DNA of 64,000 bases from Raillietiella orientalis (lineage: Eukaryota), in NCBI GenBank assembly GCA_036172245.1, contig JAYWIR010000026.1, forward strand, positions 372,001-436,000, written 5' to 3'. Each line of letters starts with the position of its first letter. Position 1 is the stretch's first letter. The notes beneath the pieces are model-generated. The model saw only the letters and a program-made list of their open reading frames with translations. It was not told the origin of the DNA and did no database searches. Shown piece by piece: positions 52,928 to 63,176 of this stretch. Both the position numbers and the translations under genes were made by a program.

Positions 52928-53985
52928 CTACCAAGGTCTCCATATGCTGCTGGCCGAGGACAGGTTGAGGGGCTTGGAGGCGGCCAGCAGCTCTTCGTCG
53001 AGCTTCGTATTGCACACGTACGGAAGCGTCGCCGACTGCAGGCCTTCCTTGGGCGACCAGGGCGACCGGGATTCCGCGGGGGACTCGGCGGGCGAGATGG
53101 GCGACACGGGAGGAGTGTAGCACTCGTGCACGTTCACCACGAGCGGGACGGACCTGTCCAGCTGGGTCACGCAGTGGCCGAGGTGGGCCATCAGGCGGCT
53201 GCCCAGCTGCACGTCGATGCCAGGAGTGCGCGCCAAGCACTTGGAGATCTCACTCGCGCAGTGCGTGAAGCCGGCCTTGAACTTGTCCATCGAGTTCACG
53301 GGCTGCCCGATGCACAGCTGACCCAACCTCTTGAGCTTCCTCAGGTGGTTCACCGTCAGTTCCAACACGTCCGCCTTCTCCAGCTTGGAAACGTTGTCTC
53401 CTTCGGAGGCCACCGCGGTCACAATGAGCTCTTTGAGCTCGTCCAGGCATTTGTTGATGCGCGCTCTCCTCTTGCGCTCCAGCATCGGTTTCATGATCTG
53501 CAAAGATGGCGCGTTTACTGACCGCCTCGAGGGTCTCTTCCGTCGCTTCGTTTCTGCCGCTTTCGGTCAGCGCGCGCTCGCTCGCGGCTCCTCGGACGGG
53601 CAGCCGAGATCTTCGCCGGCGCGCTTCCCGCCGTTCCCACGGGAACGGCGGGAAGCGACGGCTGCACGCGCCGAACACGCGAAGCGCACGCCTCCGGAAC
53701 GAGGGAGGGGGGCGGGGGGTGCGCTCCCCGTCCGTCCTTATCTGCGTACGCGAATGCGTGTACATGGATGTGCACTCGACAGACGGACGTACACACGCGA
53801 AGGCTCGCCCGGACGAACAAACAGCAAACGCACGCAGCGCGTCGAAAGCAAACACGGCGCCCGCGCAACTCAGAAGAGACAGAGAGGGAGAGGGAGGGAG
53901 GGGAAAAAAAAAAGAAAAAAATGGTGCTCACTTTGCGGTACTGGTAGGTCCGGGATACTGGCTGGCACATCACAACCGTTGTCAT
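52928..53985 (-). CDS. E(spl): Enhancer of split-type bHLH-Orange-WRPW transcriptional repressor (E(spl)mbeta/mgamma-like), 2 exons, 207 aa
   Basis: Exon 1 53985-53932 (MTTVVMCQPVSRTYQYRK, donor GTGAG) and exon 2 53497-52928 (acceptor TTTGCAG; IMKPMLERKRRARINKCLDELK...KLEKADVLELTV...Orange FKAGFTHCASEI...WRPW stop). The SRTYQYRKxMKPMLERKRRARIN signature is typical of the E(spl) subfamily rather than hairy/deadpan. Confidence 0.96.
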
Positions 53986-54070
53986 GCTCGGATACTCGAA
54001 TGCGCACCGTTGCTCGGCGACGACGAAGCTGCGGGGACGACCACCTTCGACGGGCAGGCGGCAGGTATCG

Positions 54071-54186
54071 GAATGACAGGAGGGCCGCGCGCGCGAGACA
54101 TATATAGGAGAGCGTGGCCGAAGTCTCACCAGCTGGAGCGTGAGGTGCCCCTCGTGGGACCGTGGGAAACTCCGTGCGTTCCCACA
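54071..54186 (-). promoter_or_regulatory. E(spl) bHLH promoter: Inr, TATA and Su(H)/CSL sites
   Basis: On the minus strand TATATA (54106-54101) lies ~30 nt above an Inr match TCATTC (54076-54071); no upstream ATG in the resulting 5' UTR. Su(H) consensus sites CGTGGGAA 54161-54168 and TTCCCACA 54179-54186, plus variant CGTGGGAC 54153-54160. Confidence 0.8.
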
Positions 54187-54964
54187 CATTCGATACCACC
54201 TGGGTAAGACAAGAAGTTGGCGTTCTGCGACCATTTTCTCTTTCTTTCTCTTTCTTTCTTTTTTTTTTTTTTTTTTTTTTTTTTTCCTCTCTCCTCCTCT
54301 CCTCTTCTTTTCCCCTTCGCTCGCTCGCTCGCCGCACGTCCTCGCGTGCTGCGGGACGCGCCGCCAACTCTTTATTTCGGAGATTTCGTGCCACGAGCGC
54401 CAGAAAGAGCTGCCGGAGAGAGCTGCATCGGATTGCAGATGCGGGGAAAAGAAAAATATAATTGCGGCATTTAACGGATCGCAGATCGTTAATGAGAGAG
54501 AGAAAGAAGGAGGAAGAAAGAAAAAAAAAAAAAAAAAAAAAGGAAGAAAAAAAGGAGGGGGGAAGGGAAGAGGGAAGAAGAAGAAGAAGGAGGAGAGGGG
54601 AAGCGGAAAGCATTCGAGCGGGTGTTTCGAGGAGCACCTCGCGGGGGGTGAGCTGCTGGAGGATCCCGGGCGCGCCCAAGGGATTTTCGCTCCGGGTTGG
54701 GAGGGATGGGGGAGGGAAGGGGAGACCCCCCGGGCCCTCCCCCATTTCGTGAAATTAGCAGCGGCGACGGCGCTTTCTGGCCGCACGTCCGCCCGAAGAG
54801 CTCTTCGGCCGGAAAGCACCCCCGCACGAGCGAGGGGGGGGGACTTTGGCTTGGAGGGCGCGGCCTCAAAGAGCGGTTTATCGGAAGCGGCGGCGGAAAA
54901 GGCATCCGAAAGATCGATAGAGGAAATTCTTGAGGAGCACACCGAATTCTTCTCCGTTAACGCA

Positions 54965-55023
54965 CACCTGCCTCGTTTTCCCACACTCCCGGGCGAACGG
55001 GATGTGACGTCACGATCACCTGT
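54965..55023. promoter_or_regulatory. Candidate Su(H) plus proneural enhancer ~0.9 kb upstream of E(spl)
   Basis: RCAGGTG E-boxes (CACCTGC 54965-54971, CACCTGT 55017-55023) flank Su(H) site TTCCCACA 54978-54985. Confidence 0.5.
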
Positions 55024-56527
55024 AAACTTCCCCTTTGGGAGTCCGCCATTGTCGCCGGGAGCGCGCCGTATTCTCAACAAAAGTGGTGGCGCGGTGGATG
55101 TTATAAATCGGGGCGCGCGCCCGCGTCCTCGTCCGGGATCTTAACAAACGCCCCGACCCCCCCTTTCCCCTACTCGTCCTTTCACGGCGGCAACGACATT
55201 GTGCCCACGGGCGTCCGCGGGCATCATCCCGAGAGCAAGGCGCAGTCGTACTCGCCGCCGTGGGGGGGGGGGGGGGCCGGCGGGGGGAAGAAGCTGGGGG
55301 TGGCCCGATCATCCGAATTAGCGAACGCGCTATCTTCCGAGTCGATCGACGGGCAGCCTCCGTCCCTGAAGAACGTTCCCTCACTTTGGCAGAGTGTTTT
55401 TTTTTTTTCCTTCATATTCTTTCCTTCAAGGGAGAAGGGGGGGGGAGGAGGACGAGGGCGGAAGGCAACCCTTTCGAAAAAGACGCAGCAGCAGTTCTCC
55501 CTCCCTCCCCCCTCCCCTTCTCTCCTTTTTTTTCCTTATGTTTTGGCTGTTGCCCTTCCGGGACTTTCGATCCCCCCCGTCCGCAGGGAGATTTTTTTCG
55601 ATTTCGCCGCGTTCCCCGAAGGGGCTGACCACGCCCGCAACCCCTTCGCGATAAGGTCCGCCAGCGCGCGCTCGCGCGCGCGCAGTATTTGTTTACGCGG
55701 CGCGCTGATTGCGGGCTCTCCGCCGCAGATGCGGAGGAAAAGCCCTGCCTCCTCCTCCCCCGCGCCCCGCGGCATTCCTCGGCTCCGAATTCCTGAGATG
55801 GCTATCGGGAGGCTGACCACGTGTATAGTAAGCACATTCCAATAATTAAGGTGCTGCCGTTGTTGGAACGTGACTGACCCCCTGCTGACGTGCAGTTTCC
55901 TCTGTTCTTTTTAACTCGCGTCTTCCCTTTGAGAAATATCGTGGGAAACGCTCGCGCTCGAAACTCGACGCGCGTGTAATCCCGGCGCACATGCGCCGCA
56001 GGAGCCCGCCGGGACGCGCGTGCGTTGCCGGGACCGCCGGGACGCGCGTGCGCGGCCGGAAGGGGGGGGGCCGGGCGCGGGGCTCGCGGGTGCATGGGCG
56101 GCGCGACCCCGGGCATCCCCGCGAGTTTCCATACTTTTTTTTCTTCCTTTCCTCCTCCGCGTGCTCCCCACCCCACCCCATCTTCCTCTCTCTCTCCCCC
56201 CCCCCCCCGAACGCCCTTAAACGCCTGCGGGCTGCCTGCAGGACGCGATCGAGAGAACCGTTCCCGCCCTCGCCGCGCACGCGCGATGCCTCGGGGAGGG
56301 CGCGCTCGGTCACCGTGACGACGACGCTCCCGAGGCGGAAAAGGCAGCCCTTCCTCCTCGAAAATGAGAGATGATCATTCCTACAATTTTTTTTTATTCA
56401 GTTTTGGTTGGGCGGGAGCGAATCCCCACGACAAAACACTGCGCAAACAGCTGAGCATTTTGTTTTTGTTTTTTTTTGTTTTTTTTTTATTCCGACGAAG
56501 TCACCTGAAGATGCGGCGGCGACGTTG

Positions 56528-56563
56528 ACGACGACGAAGACGACGACGACGACGACGACGACG
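56528..56563. repeat. (GAC)n microsatellite between E(spl) and the BFM-like gene
   Basis: About 12 GAC units with one interruption. Confidence 0.85.
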
Positions 56564-57366
56564 GGCGAGCAGCCGCCCGACCGTGCCCGGGGGCCTGGGC
56601 TTCACCTTTTTCTTCTCCGATCGCGCGGAAAGGCCCGACAAAAGGGCCGGATGGAGGGCCGCCGTCTGCGGCGCGCAGGCTTCCCAGCAGGGAGGAGGGC
56701 TTCGGGACGTCTTGGCGCGCGCCCCCGTCTGGCTCGCTCCACCGGCGGCGCACCAGCCGCGCTCGGCGCGCGCGCGGTCTGCGCGCCAAGGCCGCCGCCG
56801 CCGCCTTCTCGCCGTGCGTTTCCGCTCTTCGCGCGCTCGGAGAACGGCGGCGGGGCCGACCCATCCGAGACAATCACGAGGGCAGGTAGGGCCGCTGCTC
56901 CTCCGCGACCATCTGTCGCCGCATTCTTCTTCCTTGAGGAAGGGAGCGACGCGGGGGAAAACTGCGGTTCACGTTTTACTCCCGCGTTGTCGGGGCAACG
57001 TGCACGTGCCAGACTCTCGGCGCGATGGCGTCCTTTCCTCTTCTTTCGCTCCCCTCCCCCTTCCTTTCTCTCGAAGAGCTATCTTCCTTCTTCGGGAGGA
57101 GGAAAACACCGATTCCAGGAGGGGGGGCTCTTCTGAAGTCTTTCGTCACTACCGACCGACCACGTTCCCGATTTTCGCGGTCAGGTCCGGCCCTTGCACC
57201 GCTTCGCGGGGGGTTCCCCTGGCTCTTCCGGACACGAGGTGCAAGGAGCGTGCACGTCTTGTACGATGCTCGGACGGGCACTGGCGAAGCCCCCGGGCAC
57301 GAACGTCGAAGCATCCATCCGACGAGCACGCTTTTTGTTTTTTGTTTTTGTTTTTGCTTTTTTGCA

Positions 57367-57384
57367 TATCACAGTCACTTTATT
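57367..57384 (-). promoter_or_regulatory. BFM-like 3' UTR: poly(A) signal and perfect K-box
   Basis: Minus strand AATAAA (57384-57379) and CTGTGATA (57374-57367), 70-85 nt after the stop codon. Confidence 0.75.
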
Positions 57385-57452
57385 CTTAAAGGTCATCGTG
57401 AAGTTCCGGCTTGAAAGACTTGCAAGTGTGTCGCCGAGGGCGGCGGGAAAAC

Positions 57453-58014
57453 TCAAGACGCGGTGGTCACCTCCCGGTGACGCTTGCTCAGGGAGCTCAC
57501 TTCTGCGGAATTGATCCAGAAGGTGCCCAGGAAACACTGCTGCGAGTACCCGTCGCTGTGGAGATCGACGGATTTCGTTCGTTCTTCCAGCACGGTTTGC
57601 AACTCGTCCCCGCGGGGGGTCGAGGAGGACCACCTCATGAATATGCGCTTCTCGGCGGCTTCGTTTAGGATGTTCTCTTCGATCTCCCTGCCAAACAGTT
57701 TGAAGGAACTGTTCGTGATCTTCCCAAAGCTTCCCTTCCTGACGCACAGAGCCTTGACTTTCTTCAAGGTCGATTTCAGAGCCTGCAAAGCAAAAGACAC
57801 GTTGAAAAAAAAAGGAAAAATAAAAAAAGAATGAATGAGCAAAACGCTGTCCGCGTATCCCCAGACCAAGGCAAAAGAAAAAAAAAAAAAAAAGAAAAAA
57901 GGAACACATCGAGCACAAAGCAAAGAGGGAAACCCCCAAAGGACCACCGGAAGAACCCCCACTTACGAATTTCACTTTGGGCAGGAAGGAGTGCCTCTTG
58001 ACTCTTGCGTCCAT
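57453..58014 (-). CDS. Bearded-family (BFM, E(spl)m4/malpha-like) Neuralized-binding Notch antagonist, 2 exons, 125 aa
   Basis: Exon 1 58014-57967 (AGC-ATG-G context; MDARVKRHSFLPKVKF; donor GTAAGT) and exon 2 57782-57453 (acceptor TTTGCAG; ALKSTLKKVKALCVRK...EIEENILNEAAEKRI...CFLGTFWINS...TTAS stop), phase 0. Basic amphipathic N-terminus, ENxxNE (N motif) and GTFW (G-motif-like) occur in BFM order; TATA upstream and K-box downstream. Confidence 0.75.
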
Positions 58015-58165
58015 GCTGCGTTTCCAGGGAGACGAGCGATACGTTCCGGCTTGGCACACTCGCGTCACAACACACCGCCCGATGAGCCGCTCGCCAGCCG
58101 TGTGAGCCTTGCGCCGCGCGAGCCACCGCAAGCGTTTCCAGCCCAGGCGGCGCGCAAGGACACGC

Positions 58166-58172
58166 TTTTATA
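58166..58172 (-). promoter_or_regulatory. TATA box of the BFM-like gene
   Basis: Perfect TATAAAA on the minus strand in a GC-rich context, ~150 nt above the ATG, with no intervening ATG. Confidence 0.7.
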
Positions 58173-60546
58173 GGCTCCGCTCTTCGCTTCCGGCAAAAGC
58201 AGGGTTGCACATTGGACGGCGGTTAACAGGTTCCGACTTGATCGAGGAAGCACTTGCGCGGAGGCCGCTGCGGCAGGCAGGGCGTGCGCAGGCCGGGAAT
58301 GCAGCCGGGCGGGCTGCACCGTAAGCTTCATCTCCTGGTACTTCGGGGAAGGAATGCGCCTCCGAGGACGAACACGTGAACGCGGCTCGAAAGAGCGTGG
58401 CCACCTGAGCGCGCACCGTGCCACCGATGCGGCTCGAGCCCGTAGCCGAGCAGAATCCCCGGTGGCTGCAGACTTGCAATGGCTCTGACCGGTCGTCATT
58501 TCTTGCGCACAAGACTTTTTTTCTGCCACGGTGTAAGCGACCTCCTCCTCAACTTTTCGACCATCAGATGCTTTCTTTCTTTTTGCTTTCGTTCGAGTGA
58601 GTCTTTTTTTTTTGAAAAAAAAGAAAAAAAAAAAAAAAAAACGAAATTTTTTTTTCCCCACTGCAGCCCCGGCATTCTCATTTTGAATCATTGCGTCTTG
58701 AGATCATTTGCTTTTCCACAAGCAGAGCATTCGTGCGTTCTGAAAAAATCCCAACATTGAAAGAAGGTGGCCATGGTTACTCATGCCATATTGTTGATGC
58801 GAAGAATGATAAACAAGGTGGCCATGGTTACTCAAGCCATATTCTGGCTCCTAAAACTGGCCGCTGATGGCATGGCAGCCCGTATCGATGGCGATGAATG
58901 CGAAAAGTGAGCGACTGTCCAGAAGGAGCAAGCGTCGGGAATAGGGATGTCGGCTGTTTCCAAGTTTCTTCACGAACTTTTGGCCACGAATTGTAGGTTT
59001 GGCTTGGACAGAATGCTTTCCTTTCCTTTTCGCTTGTGGTGCGCACTCGCGCTGTGTACATAACCTCAGCTGCACATTCAACCGATTTGCATGCACCAAC
59101 GCAGGCCGAGAGGGAATCCACGGACTACTCGAGCGCGTCTAAGCCAAAGTCTTTTACAGGCCCCCTTACTTCCGGGAGAGAACCCGCATGAAATGTGTTT
59201 TGAGATTCCCACCGAGGAAGGAAGGAAATTGAGAGGAAGAGGAAGGAAGTTGTAACAGTCCAAACCAAAGAACAAAATACCGAGCTAATCCATTTGCGTC
59301 TGGAACCATCGCTACTTGGGCATTCGGTTTTCTTCGCTTGTTGCTTTCTTGGTGCTGCTTTTTTTTTTTTTTTGTCTTTTCTTGAGAGGACAGAGGAGAG
59401 TTAAAGCCATCCTCCTTAAGAAGAAGAATACCGAGAGTAAAAATTGAGTTCACGTACGATGATGCATCTTCGTCGCATACTCATTTAATTAGCTCAGGGG
59501 CGCGACGTATTACGAGAGTTTAGACCAGCGGTGGGCACAGGGAAAGCGTGGCCTAAACAAAAGTTTCATTATTCTACTACTTCAGTTTCAGGAGTTTTTT
59601 GAAGAAAAAGAAATGCCGAAGAGTAAGTTCGTTCCCGAAAGATCTTCACGAAAGACCTCTCTTCTTGTAGCATTTGAAACTGTTGGTGAACATTGGCTCC
59701 CTTCAGCTGAAAGACGATTCGGATGCATCATTTGCGTTGTAACGGTCTCCTCGTTGCTACCGACGTCAAAGTTTGCTAACTCTGAACCCCCCTCGGGCAG
59801 TTTGTTCCCTTTTATTCGTTTTCGCGGTACGTAAACGCGGATCGTCCGGGAAGTCCAGCATTTACCTCGGGAATTCCTTGATGCCTGTTGATCCGTTATT
59901 CCCAGTTTCGTAGTTGGTTGAGTGGACCACCTGTGCCGCTCATTCCGTTCCCATCTGAGAGGGGTAAGGTTTCCAAAGAGTCTCGGACGGGAGAGGCGTT
60001 TCCTCCGGCCTGGTAGAAGACAGCTCTCAGGAGGAGGTGGATGACTGTGGCAGAGGAAAAAACTCTGACCCTTGCCGGGCATCATCGCAAAGAATCGTTG
60101 CTTTCTGTACGCATGCTGTGTTGTGTCCTGGCGTCTTTTCCGCACGCGAGTGCTGCTCCGTGACGACGGCCGCCTCCCGCCACGGTAGCTTCGTAGGAAC
60201 AGAGGGGGGAGCGACCAAGGAGGAGGATGCCCAAAAGCCCAAACTCTCCGTTCCTGCTTTCCGGCTTTCGAGCCTCGGCAGCGGCCCTACGGAAGACCGT
60301 TCTTCTACCACGGGAACCACCAGAGCGCGCAGCAGCAGCAGCAGCAGCACCGGGGCGACACTTGGTGCCTTCTTTCCCCTCTCCGAGAGGCGCGAGAGCG
60401 GGGCTGCAGCTTCCTTGCTGCGGAGCCCGTCCTCGTGTCGGGAGGCATGCTCTCCTAGGAGATTTAAGGGAGAGTAAATACCTTACTTTCACGCTTGACT
60501 CCCTGGCTTAAGGTGTGCGTCCGGGGTTGTCAATAGACCTGCCGAG

Positions 60547-60645
60547 CTCGTGGCAGGTGTGTGCCTAACACGAGCTGGCCACAAGGCAACAAGGTTAACC
60601 AATCGGGATTGCATGGGAAATTTTCGATTCCCACACTCCCACGAG
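60547..60645. promoter_or_regulatory. Candidate distal Notch/proneural/HES enhancer ~2.4 kb upstream of the BFM-like gene
   Basis: Within 100 bp: N-boxes CTCGTG 60547, CACGAG 60569, CACAAG 60580, CACGAG 60640; GCAGGTG 60553-60559; Su(H) TTCCCACA 60628-60635 with variants CATGGGAA 60612-60619 and CTCCCACG 60636-60643. Confidence 0.55.
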
Positions 60646-63106
60646 TGCTTATCCCTTTGTCATCTGCTCACATCTGCGGCTGCATCATTCACGGAGTTTT
60701 CCCATTGAGTGAGGGGGCGCGCGGGGGTCGCTTATTGACAACGTCTAAGGAAACCTGAAATTTTCCTTTCTTCAAGAATCGCGTTCGGCGTCTTGGTCAA
60801 TTGTGACCCGATCGTATCTTGGGCTTTCGCAAAAAAAAAAATAAAATAAAATAAAAAAATAAAATAAAAATAAATCACAAAAATACAGGGCTGCTATCGA
60901 AGCTGGAGGCAGCGCTTCCGGTCTCCCCGTGAAACGGATGCAAATTTTTCATCACCCGCTTGACGTGCATTTTTTTTTGGCATTTCATTTTATTTTTCGT
61001 ATTTTTTGCCCACTCGTGTCGAATGCGCAGGCGCGCGTGTCGATGCCTTCTTGGAGACCTCGCAGGCGACGCTTCCGAAGCCGCAAAAAAGCCTCGGCGG
61101 ATGGACTACTCGTCTTTAAACATCCGAAAAGGTTTTGGCGGAAGATCGGGATGCACGCGAGCTCGTGCGGATTTCTCCGAAAGAGACGAAACTTATCTCC
61201 TTAGTGACCGCTCACGTCCCTTCACGGGCCATCTGCAGCTTGTTCTTTGCTACTTGAGACTTTCTTCTTCTTCTTTTTTTATCGCAAAGTGATGAATGTG
61301 AAGTTTGTGCTTTTTGTTGCCTTAATTGTTCGAAAAAAATAAAATAAAATAAAATACAATCTCTAGAATGATCTCCCTGCTTCAGCTGGTCATCGGAAGC
61401 ATCCTTCCCTCCCAATATTCCCCCAAAAAGAGGGAAAAAAAGAATGGTTTACAGCATCTAATATTCACGTTACAATTCATGCATCTGCTTATATGTGTGT
61501 GTGTGTGTGTGCATACGCATGCACAGCCACACGTACGCATGCTAGAGTGCGCGTGCGAGTGCGTACGTGCGTACGCGCCGATTTCCTTTTACAGCCACTC
61601 GACGACTACCCAGCCTTGGACCGGCTCCAAGCAATGCCGCCGACACACGCAATCGATATGCAAGCGCATGCACTGGAGGTCTTTCTCATTTGCCTCAGGC
61701 GTCCGTAATGGAAGGGCGCGAAGAAGTTGTGGCGCGCGGAACGGAGTCGGTTCTTGGCGCTCGGCACTGCGCCAGCCGCACCACCATACATGACGGGATG
61801 AATCCACGCAGCTACTCCGTCCGCGCTGCGAGTGCGCTCGCTGTCTTGCAGACGATGCTCGAGCTGCCACGCTGCTGCTGCTTCCCGAATTCTCAACCTG
61901 CGCTCTGATTCAGCAGAAGTTCTGGGGAAAGGAGTACTAGCTGTTCCTTTAACCAGCGGCGTTATGATGCTGCTTTCGACTCTTTAGACGTTCCCCCCCT
62001 CCTTTTTTTTTTTTTTTTTTTGCTACTTCTACCTTATCAGTTGGGTAACTTCATCCTGAATCTGCCTGGGCAGCATGGATGGTTTCACGTCAATATTTGG
62101 AGATCTTCTGCGATTCTTCTAGAAGATCAACACGAACTCCAAAACAGGGGAACTGGTTGAGAGCCCAAGGAGGCCCGTGGACTCGTTGGCGGAGTCCAAA
62201 CGAGTGGAATCACGTCGAGTGCCTTTCGCTTAGCACTCGGCTGAAGGACTGCTCCAGATTTGAGGTCCGAGTTTCTCCAATCACCCCACACAACTCCGAG
62301 ATCAAGTCTTCGGTCTTCGCCGCACTCCCATCCGAAATGGGTAGACGGAACGATCAACGCCGCGCTGTGGCAGCCTCCCGCGTTCCTATCGGGTTCTTTC
62401 ACCACGAGAAGCCTCCGTCAAAGTCTTCCGCTTTTAGGTGCTCTTCTTGTAAACGCCTGAAGCTGCAAGTAGTTTCACTTTAATTTCACTCGTGGTGGGA
62501 AAACCCTCTGTCCGCATTAAGACCAAGACCGCCAGCATTCGCGTTCCATAGACGGTACCAGGAAACGCTACTGCAGATGTGATTTTTCCAATCAAATTAG
62601 CAGTTGCAGAAGTATGTTCTCAACCTCTTCTTTTGCACACAAAACAGGAAGATAAAAGTTTCGTTACAAAAGATCCGTGTTTTAGGTTTTCATTTTTCTT
62701 GCGTTTTTTGTTTTTTCGATGACCAAGGCTTTAGACATCCTTCTTTCTCCTCTCGAGAAATTTGGACTGTTTTCAGTTCAGAGTGCAAGAGGAAACTAAT
62801 TCGGCTCCCTACGATATGAATGTAGCCGGATTGCCGTCCTCAAGCATTCATAATAAATGGGAAAACTTTTGGCATCTTTACGTACAGGCCAAGGAGATTT
62901 GCATGATGAGAGAGAAACTGCCTGGAAGCGATCAATATGTGGGAGCGCCGATTTTTGTCTGCACGCTTCTTGGGATACAGGAAAGCAATCCTGATAAAAC
63001 TCAGAGGGTTAGTCATCGGTCATTTCCTTTTCTTTTTGAAATCAGGTTTTTGGCTCTTCATCTCAAGGAAGCGACGCATCGCGCGATAAATTCGTAGGCT
63101 ATGAAT

Positions 63107-63176
63107 TTGATCGCATTGTTTGGACCTCATTGTTATGATCTCATTGTTTGGGCCGCATTGTTATGATCGCATTGTC
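63107..63176. repeat. Short 14-bp tandem repeat (TGATCGCATTGTTA-like) x5
   Basis: CATTGT recurs every 14 nt with alternating variants. Confidence 0.75.

Noticed and set aside
54161..54186. Canonical Su(H) paired site (SPS)
   Set aside because: The two perfect sites are 10 bp apart and the variant pair 18 bp, outside the usual 15-17 bp; reported as non-canonical instead.
53515..55080. 521-aa minus-strand ORF
   Set aside because: Reads through the E(spl) promoter, exon 1 and intron plus poly-A/T tracts (FFFF, KKKK runs); only the 18 codons of exon 1 are credible.
57484..57834. Plus-strand 116-aa ORF
   Set aside because: Antisense shadow of the BFM-like exon 2; TATA, splice sites, poly(A) signal and K-box all support the minus strand.
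60027..60492. Overlapping ORFs upstream of the BFM-like gene (possible second BFM or bHLH)
   Set aside because: No bHLH, WRPW, NxxN or GTFW motifs and no TATA/K-box pairing.
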